Shown: positions 50,581-61,921, numbered from the stretch's first letter. The stretch is DNA of 64,000 nt from an uncultured Nitrososphaerota archaeon (GCA_963703285.1 OY969807.1:832001-896000); one strand, 5' to 3'. Numbers and translations: made by a program. Notes: generated by a model not told the origin, from the sequence alone.

Positions 50581-52458
50581 CTATTTCTTCTCTTCGTCGA
50601 CTACCTTGTACTGGGCGTCGGTGACGTTACCGTCGCCCGGTGGGCCCCCGGCCCCGCCGGAGGGCGCCCCTCCCTGTTGCGAGCCCTGGGACTGCTGTGA
50701 GGCCTGCTCGTAGACGGACGTGCCCACGTCCTGAAGGATCTTCCTCAGAGCCTCGGACTTGGACTTTATCTCGGCGGTGTCCTTGGTGTCGATGGCCTTC
50801 CTGAGGTCCCTGGCGGCCGAGTCTATCTTTCCGACGTCGTCCTGGCTGATCTTGCCTGCGAGGTCCGTCTTGGTCTTCTCGGTGGTGTAGAGTAGGGAGT
50901 CGGCTTCGTTGAGAAGCTGGGCCTCCTCCATCTTCTTCTTGTCCTGGTCGGCGTACTGCTCGGCGTCCTTGACCATCTTCTCCTTGGCTTCCTTGGAGAG
51001 CTTGGACGAGGCCGTGATCGTTATCTTCGCCTCCTTCCCGGTTCCCAGGTCCTTTGCGGAGACGTTCAGGATCCCGCTCGCGTCGATCTCGAAGGTCACC
51101 TCGACCTGGGGAACGCCCCTCGGCGCGGGGGGAATGCCCCCTAGGTTGAACATGCCGAGCGAGATGTTGTCGGACGCCATCGCGCGCTCGCCCTGGAGCA
51201 CGTGGATGGTGACCGCGGTCTGGAAGTCCGCCGCGGTGGAGAAGACCTGCGTCCTCTTGGTGGGGATGGTCGTGTTCTTCTCGACCACCTTTGTCATTAT
51301 CCCGCCCAGGGTCTCCACGCCCAGCGACAGTGGCGTCACGTCGAGCAGGAGGATGTCCTTCACCTCGCCGGCGAGGACCCCACCCTGGATCGCCGCGCCT
51401 ATGGCTACCGCCTCCATCGGGTCTACCCCCCTCTCGGCGGTCTTGCCCATCACGTCCTCGACCGTCTTCCTCACGAGGGGCATCCTTGTCATTCCGCCGA
51501 TGAGGATCACCTTCTGGATGTCCTTGATCTCGAGCTTCGCGTCCTGGACGACCCTCTTGATGGGCGACTCTATCTTCTCGACGATGGGGCGGGCGAGCTC
51601 CTCCAGCTTGGCCCGCGTGAGGGTGTAGTGCAGGTTCTTCGCGCCAGTCGAATCGCTGGCGATGAACGGGAGGTCGATGTCCGTCGTTATGACGTTGGAG
51701 AGCTCGATCTTGGCCCTCTCCGCGGCCTCCTTGAGCCGCGCCATCGCCGTGCTGTCCTTCCTCAGGTCGATGCCCATCTTCGCCTTGAAGTCGTCGACGA
51801 GGAGGTTCACTATGGCGTAGTCGATGTCCGCCCCTCCGGTCTGGGTATCGCCGCTGGTCGCCAGGACCTGGAAGACACCCCCGCCGAACTCCATCACGGT
51901 GACGTCGTGGGTACCGCCCCCGAAGCTGAAGACGAGCACCTTCATCTCCTTCTCCGCCTTGTCGAGGCCGAAGGCGAGGCACGCGGCGGTGGGCTCGTTG
52001 ATTATCCGGACCACCTCGAGACCCGCTATCTCGCCGGCGTCCTTCGTCGCCTGCCTCTGGTTGTCGTTGAAGTGCGCTGGGACGGTGATGACCGCCTTCT
52101 TCACCGGGTAGCCGAGGAACGTCTCGGAGTCCTTCTTGATCTTCTGGAGTATGAAGGAGCTTATTTGCTGCGGGTTGAAGACCTTCCCCTGCAGCCGGAT
52201 GGTGTAGTCCGTTCCCATCTTTCGCTTGATCTCGAAGACGGTGTTCTCAGGGTTGGCGACGACCTGCCTCTTTGCGGGCTCGCCCACAAGCAGGGTGCCG
52301 TCCGAGGTGAAAGCGACGACCGATGGGAACATCTTCCCCGCGGCCGTCGGTCCTTCGGCGCTCGGTATCACCACCGGGCGTCCTGCTTCCAAGACCGCGG
52401 CGGCCGAGTTGGTCGTCCCGAGGTCTATTCCTATTATCTTCTCTCGCGGTGTGCTCAT
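50581..52458 (-). CDS. dnaK: chaperone DnaK
   Basis: [35 protein letters not shown]. Confidence 0.98.
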   Translation of the reverse strand: MSTPREKIIGIDLGTTNSAAAVLEAGRPVVIPSAEGPTAAGKMFPSVVAFTSDGTLLVGEPAKRQVVANPENTVFEIKRKMGTDYTIRLQGKVFNPQQISSFILQKIKKDSETFLGYPVKKAVITVPAHFNDNQRQATKDAGEIAGLEVVRIINEPTAACLAFGLDKAEKEMKVLVFSFGGGTHDVTVMEFGGGVFQVLATSGDTQTGGADIDYAIVNLLVDDFKAKMGIDLRKDSTAMARLKEAAERAKIELSNVITTDIDLPFIASDSTGAKNLHYTLTRAKLEELARPIVEKIESPIKRVVQDAKLEIKDIQKVILIGGMTRMPLVRKTVEDVMGKTAERGVDPMEAVAIGAAIQGGVLAGEVKDILLLDVTPLSLGVETLGGIMTKVVEKNTTIPTKRTQVFSTAADFQTAVTIHVLQGERAMASDNISLGMFNLGGIPPAPRGVPQVEVTFEIDASGILNVSAKDLGTGKEAKITITASSKLSKEAKEKMVKDAEQYADQDKKKMEEAQLLNEADSLLYTTEKTKTDLAGKISQDDVGKIDSAARDLRKAIDTKDTAEIKSKSEALRKILQDVGTSVYEQASQQSQGSQQGGAPSGGAGGPPGDGNVTDAQYKVVDEEKK

Positions 52459-53081
52459 TCTATTTCACCATTAGTCTTCACGGCTGACTCGACCTTCACC
52501 ATGCTGGGCCGAATCACCTTGTTCTTGAAGATGTAGCCCTTCCGTATCTCGCCCACGACTGTGTCCTCCTTGAGACCCGTCCCGTCGACCCTCTCGGCCG
52601 CCTCGTGGAAGACGGGGTTGAACGGCTTCCCCACAGCGTCGATGCTCCTGAGACCCACGCTCTGGAGGACGGAGACGAGGTTCTTGCGAACCATGCCGAC
52701 GCCCTCGAGCAGTCCCTTCGACTCCTCGTTGGTCTCGGCCGAGGCCACGGCCAGGTCGAGGTCGTCTAGGACGGGGAGGAGCCTCTTCATCAGGCCGCTG
52801 ATCGACAGGTCCTCCGCCTCGAGCATCTCCCTGTCCACGCGCTTCCTGTAGTTCTCGAAGTCCGCCTGGAGGTACTTCAGTCGCTTCAGGTAGTCCTCGC
52901 TTCTGCGATTCTCCTCCTCTATGAACTTCTGGGCCTCGTCCAGGTCGACCTTGAGCTCAGTCCCCTGCAGTGACTCGAGCTTCGCCTTCAGCTCGCGTAT
53001 CTCTTCGTCCCTCTCGTTCAGCTCACGCTTGCTCTTCTCGGCTCCGCCCTCTTCTTTCTCTGGAGGCCGCTCATCTTCCAA
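52455..53081 (-). CDS. grpE: nucleotide exchange factor GrpE
   Basis: [31 protein letters not shown] upstream of TTG. Confidence 0.95.
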   Translation of the reverse strand: MEDERPPEKEEGGAEKSKRELNERDEEIRELKAKLESLQGTELKVDLDEAQKFIEEENRRSEDYLKRLKYLQADFENYRKRVDREMLEAEDLSISGLMKRLLPVLDDLDLAVASAETNEESKGLLEGVGMVRKNLVSVLQSVGLRSIDAVGKPFNPVFHEAAERVDGTGLKEDTVVGEIRKGYIFKNKVIRPSMVKVESAVKTNGEIE

Positions 53082-53238
53082 GTGAGTCACCCTGGCCCGT
53101 CTTTCGGGGACCTGCGATAAAGCAGAAGGCATTCAACAAGTATACAACGCAACGTTGTATACTAATAAATTTTCTGCTAGCCGGAGCGACCCGGGTGTGC
53201 AGAAGCCTTAACCGCAGGTCCGGCCTCCGGCACCAGTC

Positions 53239-54000
53239 TTGAAGGAGGAACAGCTCAGAGAGAGGTTGCTCAGGTTCGAGCGGGAGGGCAGACACCTGAC
53301 CAAGGACTCGGACGAGAGGAAGGTCATAGAGGAGGTCTTCGACAGGGCGACGCTCTGGGCGCTGAACCGTCTGCTCAGCAACGGTCAGCTCGACTATCTG
53401 AACGGGGTGGTGAACGCCGGGAAGGAGGCGCGCGTCTACTGGGGCGTGGCCAGGGACGGCTCCCCCAGGGCCGTGAAGATCTACTTCACCGCCTCGGCCG
53501 AGTTCAAGAAGAGAATGAGGTACGTCGCCGGGGACAGGAGGTTCGAGAAGATCCCTGGCTCTACGAGGGGCATGATCGACCTCTGGGTGCAGAAGGAGTA
53601 CAAGAATCTGCAGCTCGCCGAGGCCGCCGGAATACGCGTCCCGAAGCCCTACTCGTTCTACGAGAACGTCCTGGTCACCGAGTACATCGGGACTCCCCCC
53701 GGCCACGCGCCATCCTTCGCCGAGGCCAAGGTGTACAAGTCAGACCTCGACTGGACCATCCGGACGGTGAGGAGGCTCTACGAGAGGGCCGGGCTGGTGC
53801 ACGCCGACCTCTCGGAGTACAACATCTTCAAGCTCGGGGGGTACAGGGTGCTCTTCGACATGGGATCGGCGGTCCTGACGACCCATCCCGAGTCCAGGGA
53901 GCTGCTGCAGAGGGACGTGGCCAACGTCGTCAGGTTCTTCGAGAGGCGGGGGATTTATGAGAAGGCCGCCGAGGAGATAGTGGGGTCGATTTTGGGTTGA
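53239..54000 (+). CDS. rio1: RIO1-family serine kinase
   Basis: GKEARVY, AVKIY, VHADLSEYN, FDMGSAV. Confidence 0.92.
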   Translation: MKEEQLRERLLRFEREGRHLTKDSDERKVIEEVFDRATLWALNRLLSNGQLDYLNGVVNAGKEARVYWGVARDGSPRAVKIYFTASAEFKKRMRYVAGDRRFEKIPGSTRGMIDLWVQKEYKNLQLAEAAGIRVPKPYSFYENVLVTEYIGTPPGHAPSFAEAKVYKSDLDWTIRTVRRLYERAGLVHADLSEYNIFKLGGYRVLFDMGSAVLTTHPESRELLQRDVANVVRFFERRGIYEKAAEEIVGSILG

Positions 54001-54575
54001 GCTTCGAACAGGTCCTGCGCGTGCCGCTGGACAGGGTAGCAGCCATCATAGGCAAGAAGGGCGAAACAAAGAAGCATCTCGAGGAGGCGCTCCACGTCGA
54101 ACTGGAGATCGACGGCCAGAGCGGCGAGGTGAAGGTCAAGAGCACCTCGATCGAGGAGGGTGACCCGTTCAGGGCGATGGCCATCGTTGAGGCGGTCGCG
54201 AGGGGCTTCTCCCCCCAGCGGGCGCTGAAGCTCATGGACCCCGAGACGGTGCTTGAGGTTCTGGACCTGAGGGAGTTCGCAGGGAAGAGCGAGAACAGCC
54301 TCGACAGGATAAGGGGGAGGATCATCGGCCTCAACGGCAAGTCGAGGAGGGTCATAGAGGAGCTGACGAAGTGCCAGATATCCGTCTACGGCCGGACGGT
54401 CGCAATCATCGGGGAGATCACGGAGGTCAAGCTGACGAAGGAGGCGATCGTGATGCTCGCCAAGGGAAGCCGCCACAGGTCCGTCTACAACATGCTCCAG
54501 CGCGCGAGGTCGAAGCGGAAGATGGACAGGGTGCTGCTCTGGGAGGACCAGTCGCCCGAGGCCGAGCCTCAGTAG
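53997..54575 (+). CDS. KH-domain rRNA processing protein (Dim2/Pno1)
   Basis: IIGKKG, ARGFSP, RIRGRIIG. Confidence 0.92.
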   Translation: MSFEQVLRVPLDRVAAIIGKKGETKKHLEEALHVELEIDGQSGEVKVKSTSIEEGDPFRAMAIVEAVARGFSPQRALKLMDPETVLEVLDLREFAGKSENSLDRIRGRIIGLNGKSRRVIEELTKCQISVYGRTVAIIGEITEVKLTKEAIVMLAKGSRHRSVYNMLQRARSKRKMDRVLLWEDQSPEAEPQ

Positions 54576-55666
54576 GACTTCAGGAGCTGCAGCTTCTCTG
54601 GCAGGTACGTGTCGACTATGTAGCTCAGGCCGTACCTCGAGAAGGCCTCCTGCTCCGACTTCTTCTTGATCCTCAGGAACGTGTCGAGCTCCTCGTGCCA
54701 CATCTTGTCCTTGTAGCGCGGGTCTGCCTTCAGCTCGTAGAGCCTCTTGATGTCGACCTCGGTCAGCGGGTCGGACGGCAGCTTGTACTTTATGATATCT
54801 GAGGCCCAAACGCCTAACCAGACCCCGTCAGGGGTGGTGAGGTCCCGCAGGTGGGCCGCGGCCGCCGAGCCTGATTTTATCACCATCGCGATGTGAGCCC
54901 CCCATGGGTCGGCGTCGCAGAGTATCCCGATGGGGAGCTTCAGCTCCTGGTGTAGCCTCCTGAGCAGATAGCGGGTCGAACGGGGAGGCTGCCCGGCGGT
55001 GTTGACGAGTATCGCCTTGTACTTCTCGTGGACCTTCTCCTCGATGAACCTGGTGAAGAGGCCCCCCTTCTCTATGGCCAGGACCATCTCGGCGTCGGTG
55101 TCCCTGAACTCAGCGGTGGTGAGCGCCGGCCCGATCATCATCCCGTCGGGGTGCGCCGAGAGGTCGAGGCGCTTCCCCTCGTACCCTCTGACGGTGTACT
55201 CCACGGTCAGATTGCCGAAGATCGCGCTCCTCTCTTCGGGGAAGACGTTGAACTCCTCCCTGGCGGACTCGAGGACGACCTCGAGGTCGGTGATGAGCTC
55301 GTCCGACTCGGCCTGGTCCATGAACTCGACGTTGAAGGCCTGGGCGGAGTAGTAGACGTCCCTCAGCGTGGAGGTCCTCCCCTCGGCGACGAGCTTGTTG
55401 GAGAAGTATGCGAGCCAGAGCAGCTGCGTGAAGGGTCGGATGTGCTTTATGTTGCCAGCCGACCGCTTGACGGAGCTCGAGCCGAGGATGAACTGCTGCA
55501 GCTTCTTGTCGTAGACGATGTTGCGCACCGACCTGCTGGCGAACGAGACGCTGGGGAACTTCCCGTTGTCGAGGTCCTGGTAGACGTTCTGGCCGAGGGT
55601 CTTCAGGGCCCTCTCGACCTTGTCCTTCCTCTGCTCAGCGGTAGTCTTCGATCGTGGTCTGCTCAA
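54569..55666 (-). CDS. top6A: DNA topoisomerase VI subunit A
   Basis: STLRDVYY, IEKGG, DADPWG, KSEQEA. Confidence 0.96.
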   Translation of the reverse strand: MSRPRSKTTAEQRKDKVERALKTLGQNVYQDLDNGKFPSVSFASRSVRNIVYDKKLQQFILGSSSVKRSAGNIKHIRPFTQLLWLAYFSNKLVAEGRTSTLRDVYYSAQAFNVEFMDQAESDELITDLEVVLESAREEFNVFPEERSAIFGNLTVEYTVRGYEGKRLDLSAHPDGMMIGPALTTAEFRDTDAEMVLAIEKGGLFTRFIEEKVHEKYKAILVNTAGQPPRSTRYLLRRLHQELKLPIGILCDADPWGAHIAMVIKSGSAAAAHLRDLTTPDGVWLGVWASDIIKYKLPSDPLTEVDIKRLYELKADPRYKDKMWHEELDTFLRIKKKSEQEAFSRYGLSYIVDTYLPEKLQLLKSY

Positions 55667-58600
55667 TTATCTTCTCACCGTCAGCCCCGGCGCCCGGCTC
55701 GCCTGACTCCTGGGCCATCTCCTCCTTGACCTGCTCGACCTCCGACTCCTCCTCCTTCAGCAGCTGGTGGTATCTCGGCTCCTTCTTCTGACCGGCGAGC
55801 TCGGTGGAGAAACGTGCAATGAGGGGAAGGTACTTCCCGTAGATGTTCATCTTCCGCTGCACGGCCGCCATCGAGCCCTTCTTCGAGAGGAAGAGGGACA
55901 GGCGCCTGAGGGCCTCCCTCACGGCGTTGCGGATCTCCGACTGGATCTCGGGCCTGTCCGCGATGTACTCCTTGCCCACCGTCTTGTACGGCACCTTGGT
56001 GGAGCAGATGTGGGTGATGATCCCGATGGGAGCGTCCTCGGGGACGTGGTAGCGCCTCCAATCGATCTCCTCGTTGAGGACCTCGAACGACACGTCGTTG
56101 CCCTCGTCGTACAACAGGGGAATGCGGTTCGCGAACCTGAAGAGCTTGCGCCCGGGCTCGAGGACCTTCCCCCCGTAGGCCAGGCCCACCTCGACCAGGA
56201 ACGGGAACCCGGAGTAGGAGGACGGGGGCCGCACCACGACCGTACAGAACTCGGGCTGGAGCTCCTTGGTGATCCCAGTCTGGAGGATCGACTCGCCGAC
56301 GGGCGAGAGGCAGGACGCGTCGGGCGGGAGGAACTCGGGGTACCTCTGGAGAGCGTCGACGATCTTGACGGTCTGCTCGTTGGAGAGCTTCTCGGGCGAG
56401 AGCTTCGGTTCTATCCCTGCGAAGTTGAGGAACTTCTTCGCGTTCGTCTCTCCCACGCGGTGGAAGTGCTTGTTGCCCATGAACTTCTCCATCGTCTTCT
56501 CGTCGGTCAGCTTAATCATCCGCTTCAGCGCCTCCACGTCCACCCCGTAGGGATGCGGGAGGGTCTCCTTCGGCGGCGGGGGCATGGATTCCGTCGCCCT
56601 CTCGAAGGTCGTTATCCTGCCGATCGGGTCGACGAAGGTGAGGTTGGCGTAGGACCCGACGAGGGCAGTCTGCTTGAAGTACTCGTTGATCTTCTGCGCC
56701 GCCCGGGTGAAGTCGCCCTCCAGGATGACGTCGACCCTCGTCCCCGTCTTCCCGGCGCCGTCCTCCGTGTCCTTGCGAAGTATGATGGGCTTGTTCTCGG
56801 AGATGTCTATCAGCATCTCGAAGATGTGACGGGACTTGCCGTCGGTCGAGGTCGTGATCTTCACCGGCTTGTTTGTGGTGATCTGCCCGTAGAGGATGGC
56901 CATCGTCCCCCCCATCCCGAACATCCCCCTCGACTGCCTGAGGACGTACTTGGAGCCGTAGAAGACCTTCCCGAAGGCCCTCGGCACGTGGTGGGGGTCG
57001 ACCCCCGGGCCGTTGTCTGCCACGGTCAGCCGGTAGGCCTTCGGCTCCTGGTTGGCGGTCTCTGCCGAAGGGTCGTCGGCGACTATGCGGACGTATACGT
57101 CGGGGAGCATCCCGGCGAGCTCGGTCGCGTCAAGGGAGTTGTGGAGGAGAGCTACCGCGCCACCGCCGATGAAGCGCTCAACATCTTGCACGGCTATGTC
57201 GTAGACCCACTCCTCCGACGACGGGAATTCCTCGACACTCCTGATGGCCAGTGCGCCCGCATCGGATTCCGTTATCATCCGGAGAGGACCTGGAAGTTGT
57301 TCGGGCGAGAAGTTGTCCCTCAGCCACCCCTTTTGGACGGATGACCGGTAAATGTTCGATTTACGACCCGGGAACGGCAGTAGCGCGCTCTTGAATTGTG
57401 ATATTGGGAGGGAGCACTCCTCCGGGGCTTTACCCTGTCTAATGTAGATTAGATAGGTACCTCTGAAGCGTGTGTCGACCCCTGAAACTACCCTCTCTTC
57501 GGCTTCTTGGAAGGAAGTCGTGTAGTGCCGACCTAGAGTCGTAAGAAGGAACTTGAGTTCAGTGAACATCCTCTCGCTAGATGTCGCGATCGTTATCTTC
57601 CGATTCCGTTTGGCTGTCTGTACATAACCGTCCCCGCGAATGTAGGCGTTCAGATACTCTTCCGCATGTTGCTTGCTTACGTTGAAGACGACCCAGGGTA
57701 CCCGCTTATCAGATGAGCACGTTCCAGTCTCCAGGATAGATTGCATGAATAGGGCGAGCACGGCATCATTCACCACCACGTTAACAGCTGACCTGTGCTC
57801 GATTGTGATTATCGGTTTGATGTCGAAGACCTTGTCCAAACAACGGACCAGGTCTGCCACATAGGTTTCCATCTCGTCCCTTGCAAATGAGAAGGTCACC
57901 TTGCAACCGGCATGAATCGACCCCTCGCTTGCGTAGTAACCAAGAATCCTCATGAACTCGGGTGTAATCTCTATTTTCCGCGGCAGCGACCTCTTCCCTT
58001 GCTTTACTGAGAATCTGATGTCTGCGCTCTCCAACCCCGGTGGGGGGCTCGAACGGATATGCCCAAGTGGAACAGCGTCACACCTCACCCAGTCTTTGGG
58101 AATGCTATACACGCGCTTGAACCCGTGCTTCTCTGCCGGTTTGTACTCACCCCTTGACTCCGTGGATAGGGCTCCTCGTCGGCGAAGAGAATGTAGGATA
58201 TTGTCAGGATTGTGGATTCCGATTCGGGAAGCAGCGGCATGCACTTCTCTCCGCGACATCGTGGAGCCGTCTGCGGCAAGCAGGAGGAGTTCGGACTTCG
58301 AGCGAACCAGTGGATAGAGCCCAGCAACGCCCCTAACAACTATTCTACTCATGTCTCGAGTGTCCAAACGCGAGAACTCAGACAGGAGGTCAATTTCTTC
58401 GCATCTTCCTGTCACGAACTCGCCTGACGGTACTACCACTCTATCTCCAGGTATGAGATGCCTCGTCTCTCTCCCCACAACCCGAAGGTCATCGCCCATC
58501 ACGAAGACGTTGTGAACGGATGTAGTGGTGACTTCTTTACCGCTTTGAAGCCGAATCTTCCACAACGTCTTAGGGCTGGGGTGCTTGAAGACAGCTGTTA

Positions 58601-58911
58601 CGCGCTTGAAGGAGAACTTGAGGTCCTGGTCAAGCGTTAAGACCTCCAGCTGGTCTTCTAGGTGTTTGTACCACCGGTTGTCTGCCGAGATTGCGCCACC
58701 TGTAGCCAGCCTCCGCTCAACCACCTCGCCTATCGTCGTAACTCTGATTCGTCCATCTTCCCGAATCAGTAAAGGCTCACCGTAAGGGAAGGAGTTCTCG
58801 ACGAGCTCGCGGACGGCCATGTAGAGCGCCCTCGCAGGGTTGGTGAACCCCGCCAGGTCTCTGTTACGATAGAAAGAATTCAGACGGACTTATCTCAGAG
58901 AAAGTAACCAA
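55635..58911 (-). CDS. top6B: DNA topoisomerase VI subunit B with intein; apparent +1 frameshift near 58873
   Basis: ISPSEFF(Y)RNRDLAGF...RELVEN[intein]SLDA, DNGPG, QSRGMFGMG, RFANRIPL. Confidence 0.95.
57138..58793 (-). mobile_element. 552-aa intein with LAGLIDADG endonuclease in Top6B
   Basis: starts SFPYGEP, block B TTTSVH, ILGYYASEG and LNAYIRGDG, VYDIAV, ends LLHN|S; removal restores ELVENSLDA. Confidence 0.95.
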
Positions 58912-59079
58912 TCTGGACTCTCACCTCCGCCCCAGGCCTAGACCCACATGAAGAGACGTCAAAGCGATACTCTTAGCCCCAATCATCTTCCCGCAGCAAG
59001 GGTTCTATTAAAACAGGATATAATCAGTCCTGTCAACTGTTCGGCCCACAGGGGCAGTTCGGGGCTTGGAGCGCTGCGC

Positions 59080-59460
59080 CTATTTGATGTTCGCCCTGTC
59101 GGCCAGCTTCACTATCAGGAAGATGACCAGCGCCACGATGATGAAAGTGATTACGTTGTTGATGAAGTCGCCGTATGCGAACGTCTGCCCGCGGAACACC
59201 GCCGTGGCCGTAGTCAGGTTACTGCTGGGGTTGACGAGTCCGATGATGGGTAGTATGAGGTCTCCTACGAGCGCCTTGACCAAGGCACCGAGGTAGACAC
59301 CGAGGATGAACGCGACGGCTAGTCCCAGAACCTTATAGGATTCCAGGAACCCCTTGAACTCATTCGCAAAGCCCTTCGGAGCTGGAGGAGTAGGAGCAGG
59401 GGTGAGCAGCTTCTTTATCTCACGGAGCTCGGCGAGAATCGGGTCATCGGTCGTTGACAT
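59080..59460 (-). CDS. mscL: large-conductance mechanosensitive channel
   Basis: EFKGFL, LAVAFILG, YGDFINNVITF. Confidence 0.9.
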   Translation of the reverse strand: MSTTDDPILAELREIKKLLTPAPTPPAPKGFANEFKGFLESYKVLGLAVAFILGVYLGALVKALVGDLILPIIGLVNPSSNLTTATAVFRGQTFAYGDFINNVITFIIVALVIFLIVKLADRANIK

Positions 59461-59572
59461 GCGCGGAGCGCCTTCCTAAATCTGATTTAAATCTAGGTCG
59501 TCGTTGCGCTCTGGGCCTCTTGAGGGCCAACAGACAACTTAATTACTCGCCGCAGTCGCGCCGGTCAGGAAA

Positions 59573-59782
59573 ATGACCCTCGACGCGCCTGGCTCCAGGG
59601 TGAGCATGATAATCCGCCTCGTCGGATTGATGTTGCTCGCTCTTGGGGTGGTCCTGACGTACGAGACCTACAGCACGGCTGCGGCGGCTGACCTGGTCCC
59701 CCAGATCGTTCCGGTGTTCTACCTCGGTGCGGCGCTGCTGATGATCGTCGGCTTCGTGGCCGTAATCGCGGACTACAAGTAG
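59573..59782 (+). CDS. small two-TM membrane protein
   Basis: ATG after a TTAATTA box; two hydrophobic helices. Confidence 0.65.
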   Translation: MTLDAPGSRVSMIIRLVGLMLLALGVVLTYETYSTAAAADLVPQIVPVFYLGAALLMIVGFVAVIADYK

Positions 59783-59933
59783 GACTTGCGTTAAACGGGG
59801 TCCGGCGTTGAGCCGCAGACCCTAGAGAACGCTGGGAGCGGTGCGGGTCGCGAAGATGTCTTGCGATTGGAAGCACTTCTGGGGGTTATATATCAGCACG
59901 TTGCGATCGACGCAGAAAAGGTGAAGCTTCGGA

Positions 59934-60431
59934 TTGGAATCGAAGCCAGTTCGTGACCAGGGAACGCACGCTATCAGAGGGGTCATCATCGTCACGATTG
60001 CGGTCCTGATAATCGCTGCGGGGATTGCGTTCGTCTACGCCAACCCGTCAACGGCCGCCTCCGTGTCGACCCTTCCTGCCCACCTCACCAGCAGCGGCAG
60101 CTCAGGTTCCGTAACCGCGGCCTCGACGTCCAGCGTCAATGACACCGGTGTGGTCTACGTGTACCTTCCATATGGGGGAGGGGAGAACTATGACGGAGCC
60201 ACCCAGCCCCAACCTCAGGTAATCACCGTCCTCATCGGGGTGAACAACACTGTGACCTGGATCAACCAGGACCTCATCACTCACGACGTCATCAGCACGA
60301 CGGGCACCTTCGCTTCGCCGGACCTGTCGCCGGGACAGAGCTACACCTTCACGTTCACGGAGGCGGGAACATATCCATACTACGATTCCTACACCCCCAT
60401 GCAGGGCTGGGTCATAGTCGAGAATCCGTAA
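59934..60431 (+). CDS. membrane-anchored cupredoxin-fold protein
   Basis: TVTWINQD...HDV...PGQSYTFTF..GTYPYY...MQG. Confidence 0.82.
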   Translation: MESKPVRDQGTHAIRGVIIVTIAVLIIAAGIAFVYANPSTAASVSTLPAHLTSSGSSGSVTAASTSSVNDTGVVYVYLPYGGGENYDGATQPQPQVITVLIGVNNTVTWINQDLITHDVISTTGTFASPDLSPGQSYTFTFTEAGTYPYYDSYTPMQGWVIVENP

Positions 60432-60485
60432 CGCTCAAGGGGAGCACGAAACGAAGGGATAGCCACTTGTTGGGATTGTGGTGGA

Positions 60486-60633
60486 CGGCGCCGGGCCGAC
60501 TCGAACGGCCGACCAACAGGTGTTTGCAGCGAGTTTTCGCTTTAACAGCCTGCTGCTTTCCGGGCCCCTTATCGGGGCTCTACCATGCTCCTCGGACGAG
60601 TCGATAGCGACACGGCCTCTGAGCTACGGCGCC
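60486..60633 (-). tRNA. tRNA-Asn(GUU) with three introns (60588-60618, 60558-60579, 60522-60542)
   Basis: removing 31+22+21 nt leaves a 74-nt cloverleaf GGCGCCG-TA-GCTC-AGCATGGTA-GAGC-A-GCAGG-CTGTTAA-CCTGT-TGGTC-GGCCG-TTCGAGT-CGGCC-CGGCGCC-G. Confidence 0.9.
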
Positions 60634-60827
60634 ATGCAGCGCCCGTCTCGATTTCTTCCTTATTTGGCCTTTGCTCTGAGCCCGTGCGCTTTCAGGCCGA
60701 GAGTTTTGACCAGGAATGCAAAAGGCAACCCGCGAGGGCCTAATCCGGCTTCAATCCCAAATGAACAGGCCAGGCTTCCAGTCCGATATGAGTGGGTGCT
60801 TAAGTTCCCAGAGCACCTCTAGATTCA

Positions 60828-61379
60828 TTGATAAAGAAGACCGCCCTTGTCGACTTGCTACAGCAACATCTGTCGACTGAAAGAATTGCGAAGAAACTCA
60901 ACTGCAGTCCCGGCAACGTCCTCTACTGGGAGCGGAAGTATGGACTTCGGCCGGCCTTCGCCTCCTTCGGAAACGGACGAAGAATGAGATCACCCGAAGA
61001 AATGGCCGCATATATGACTAGCAACCCAACACTTCGCCGCAGGAAATTGAAGGCAAAGGCAATCGCCTTCAAGGGTGGGAAATGCGTGTTGTGCGGGTAC
61101 GACAGATGCAACGCCGCTTTGGAGTTTCACCACGTTGATAGGAGAACGAAGACCTTCGGTCTTTCCAGAAAAGGCATCATCAGGTCATGGGATTCGATCA
61201 AGAAGGAAATCGACAAATGCCTGCTGGTCTGCTCGAATTGCCACCGGGAGGTGGAAGCAGGCGCCAGGCCCATCCTGAAGGAATTGCTTAATCCTTGGAC
61301 AAGATTTGAAAATGACCTCGCCTCTTCAGAAGATACAGTTTCGGTTACGGACGTTGTGAGCAGTCGGGAAGCGGGCTGA
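60828..61379 (+). CDS. HNH endonuclease with N-terminal HTH
   Basis: GGKCVLCGY...LEFHH...KCLLVCSNCHRE; IAKKLNCSPGNVLYW. Confidence 0.88.
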   Translation: MIKKTALVDLLQQHLSTERIAKKLNCSPGNVLYWERKYGLRPAFASFGNGRRMRSPEEMAAYMTSNPTLRRRKLKAKAIAFKGGKCVLCGYDRCNAALEFHHVDRRTKTFGLSRKGIIRSWDSIKKEIDKCLLVCSNCHREVEAGARPILKELLNPWTRFENDLASSEDTVSVTDVVSSREAG

Positions 61380-61439
61380 GTCGGGATTGGCAACGCCTGA
61401 ACAATCTTCCTCCGCACCAACAAGAACATCATGAATCGA

Positions 61440-61784
61440 CTCTGCTTGTGGGGAGCCCTGTTGCCCGTGATGGTGTAGGCGACCGACTCGCCCACGTCCT
61501 CAGCGTGGTCGGCTATCCTCTCCAGGTAGCGCAGGACCAGGGTTCCGGAGATGTAGCACTTCATGTCCCCGGTGTTATCCTTCGTGACCCTCCTGAGATA
61601 GCTCCGATATCTCGTCGACCGCGTTGTCCATTGTCTTCAGCTTCCCGGCGGAGAAGACGTCCCGCTCTGTGAATGCCTTGATGCTCAGGTGGATCATGTC
61701 CTGGGCCTGCTTCCCCGCCCTCTCTAGTGGGCTTTCGTGATTTGATCCTTCCTTCAAATTTCTCTCAGATTCTCTTTCGCACAC
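61440..61784 (-). pseudogene. PhoU remnant (truncated, frameshifted)
   Basis: AFTERDV...MDNAVDE and LRYLERIADHAEDVGE in different frames. Confidence 0.75.
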
Positions 61785-61921
61785 CGTGGGACCATGCGGT
61801 TCTCCCCGTTCTAGGAATTTCTCCGATTATCCTCGCGGTCGGCCCGAATGATTTGGGGGCAACACGTAAGAGATGCAAGACTTGGACCATTCCTTGAGGC
61901 GCCAAAACACCGGCGATTGAT

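Noticed and set aside
58860-58911. Programmed frameshift or pseudogenisation of top6B
   Set aside because: One extra T in a short run within a gene that is likely essential. Similar single-base insertions occur at ~23550 and ~63810, so sequencing or assembly error is more likely. A read pile-up would settle it.
60510-60545. tRNA-Cys reading from the GCA triplet
   Set aside because: The GCA lies within the 37/38 intron; the anticodon stem closes correctly only around CT-GTT-AA (Asn).
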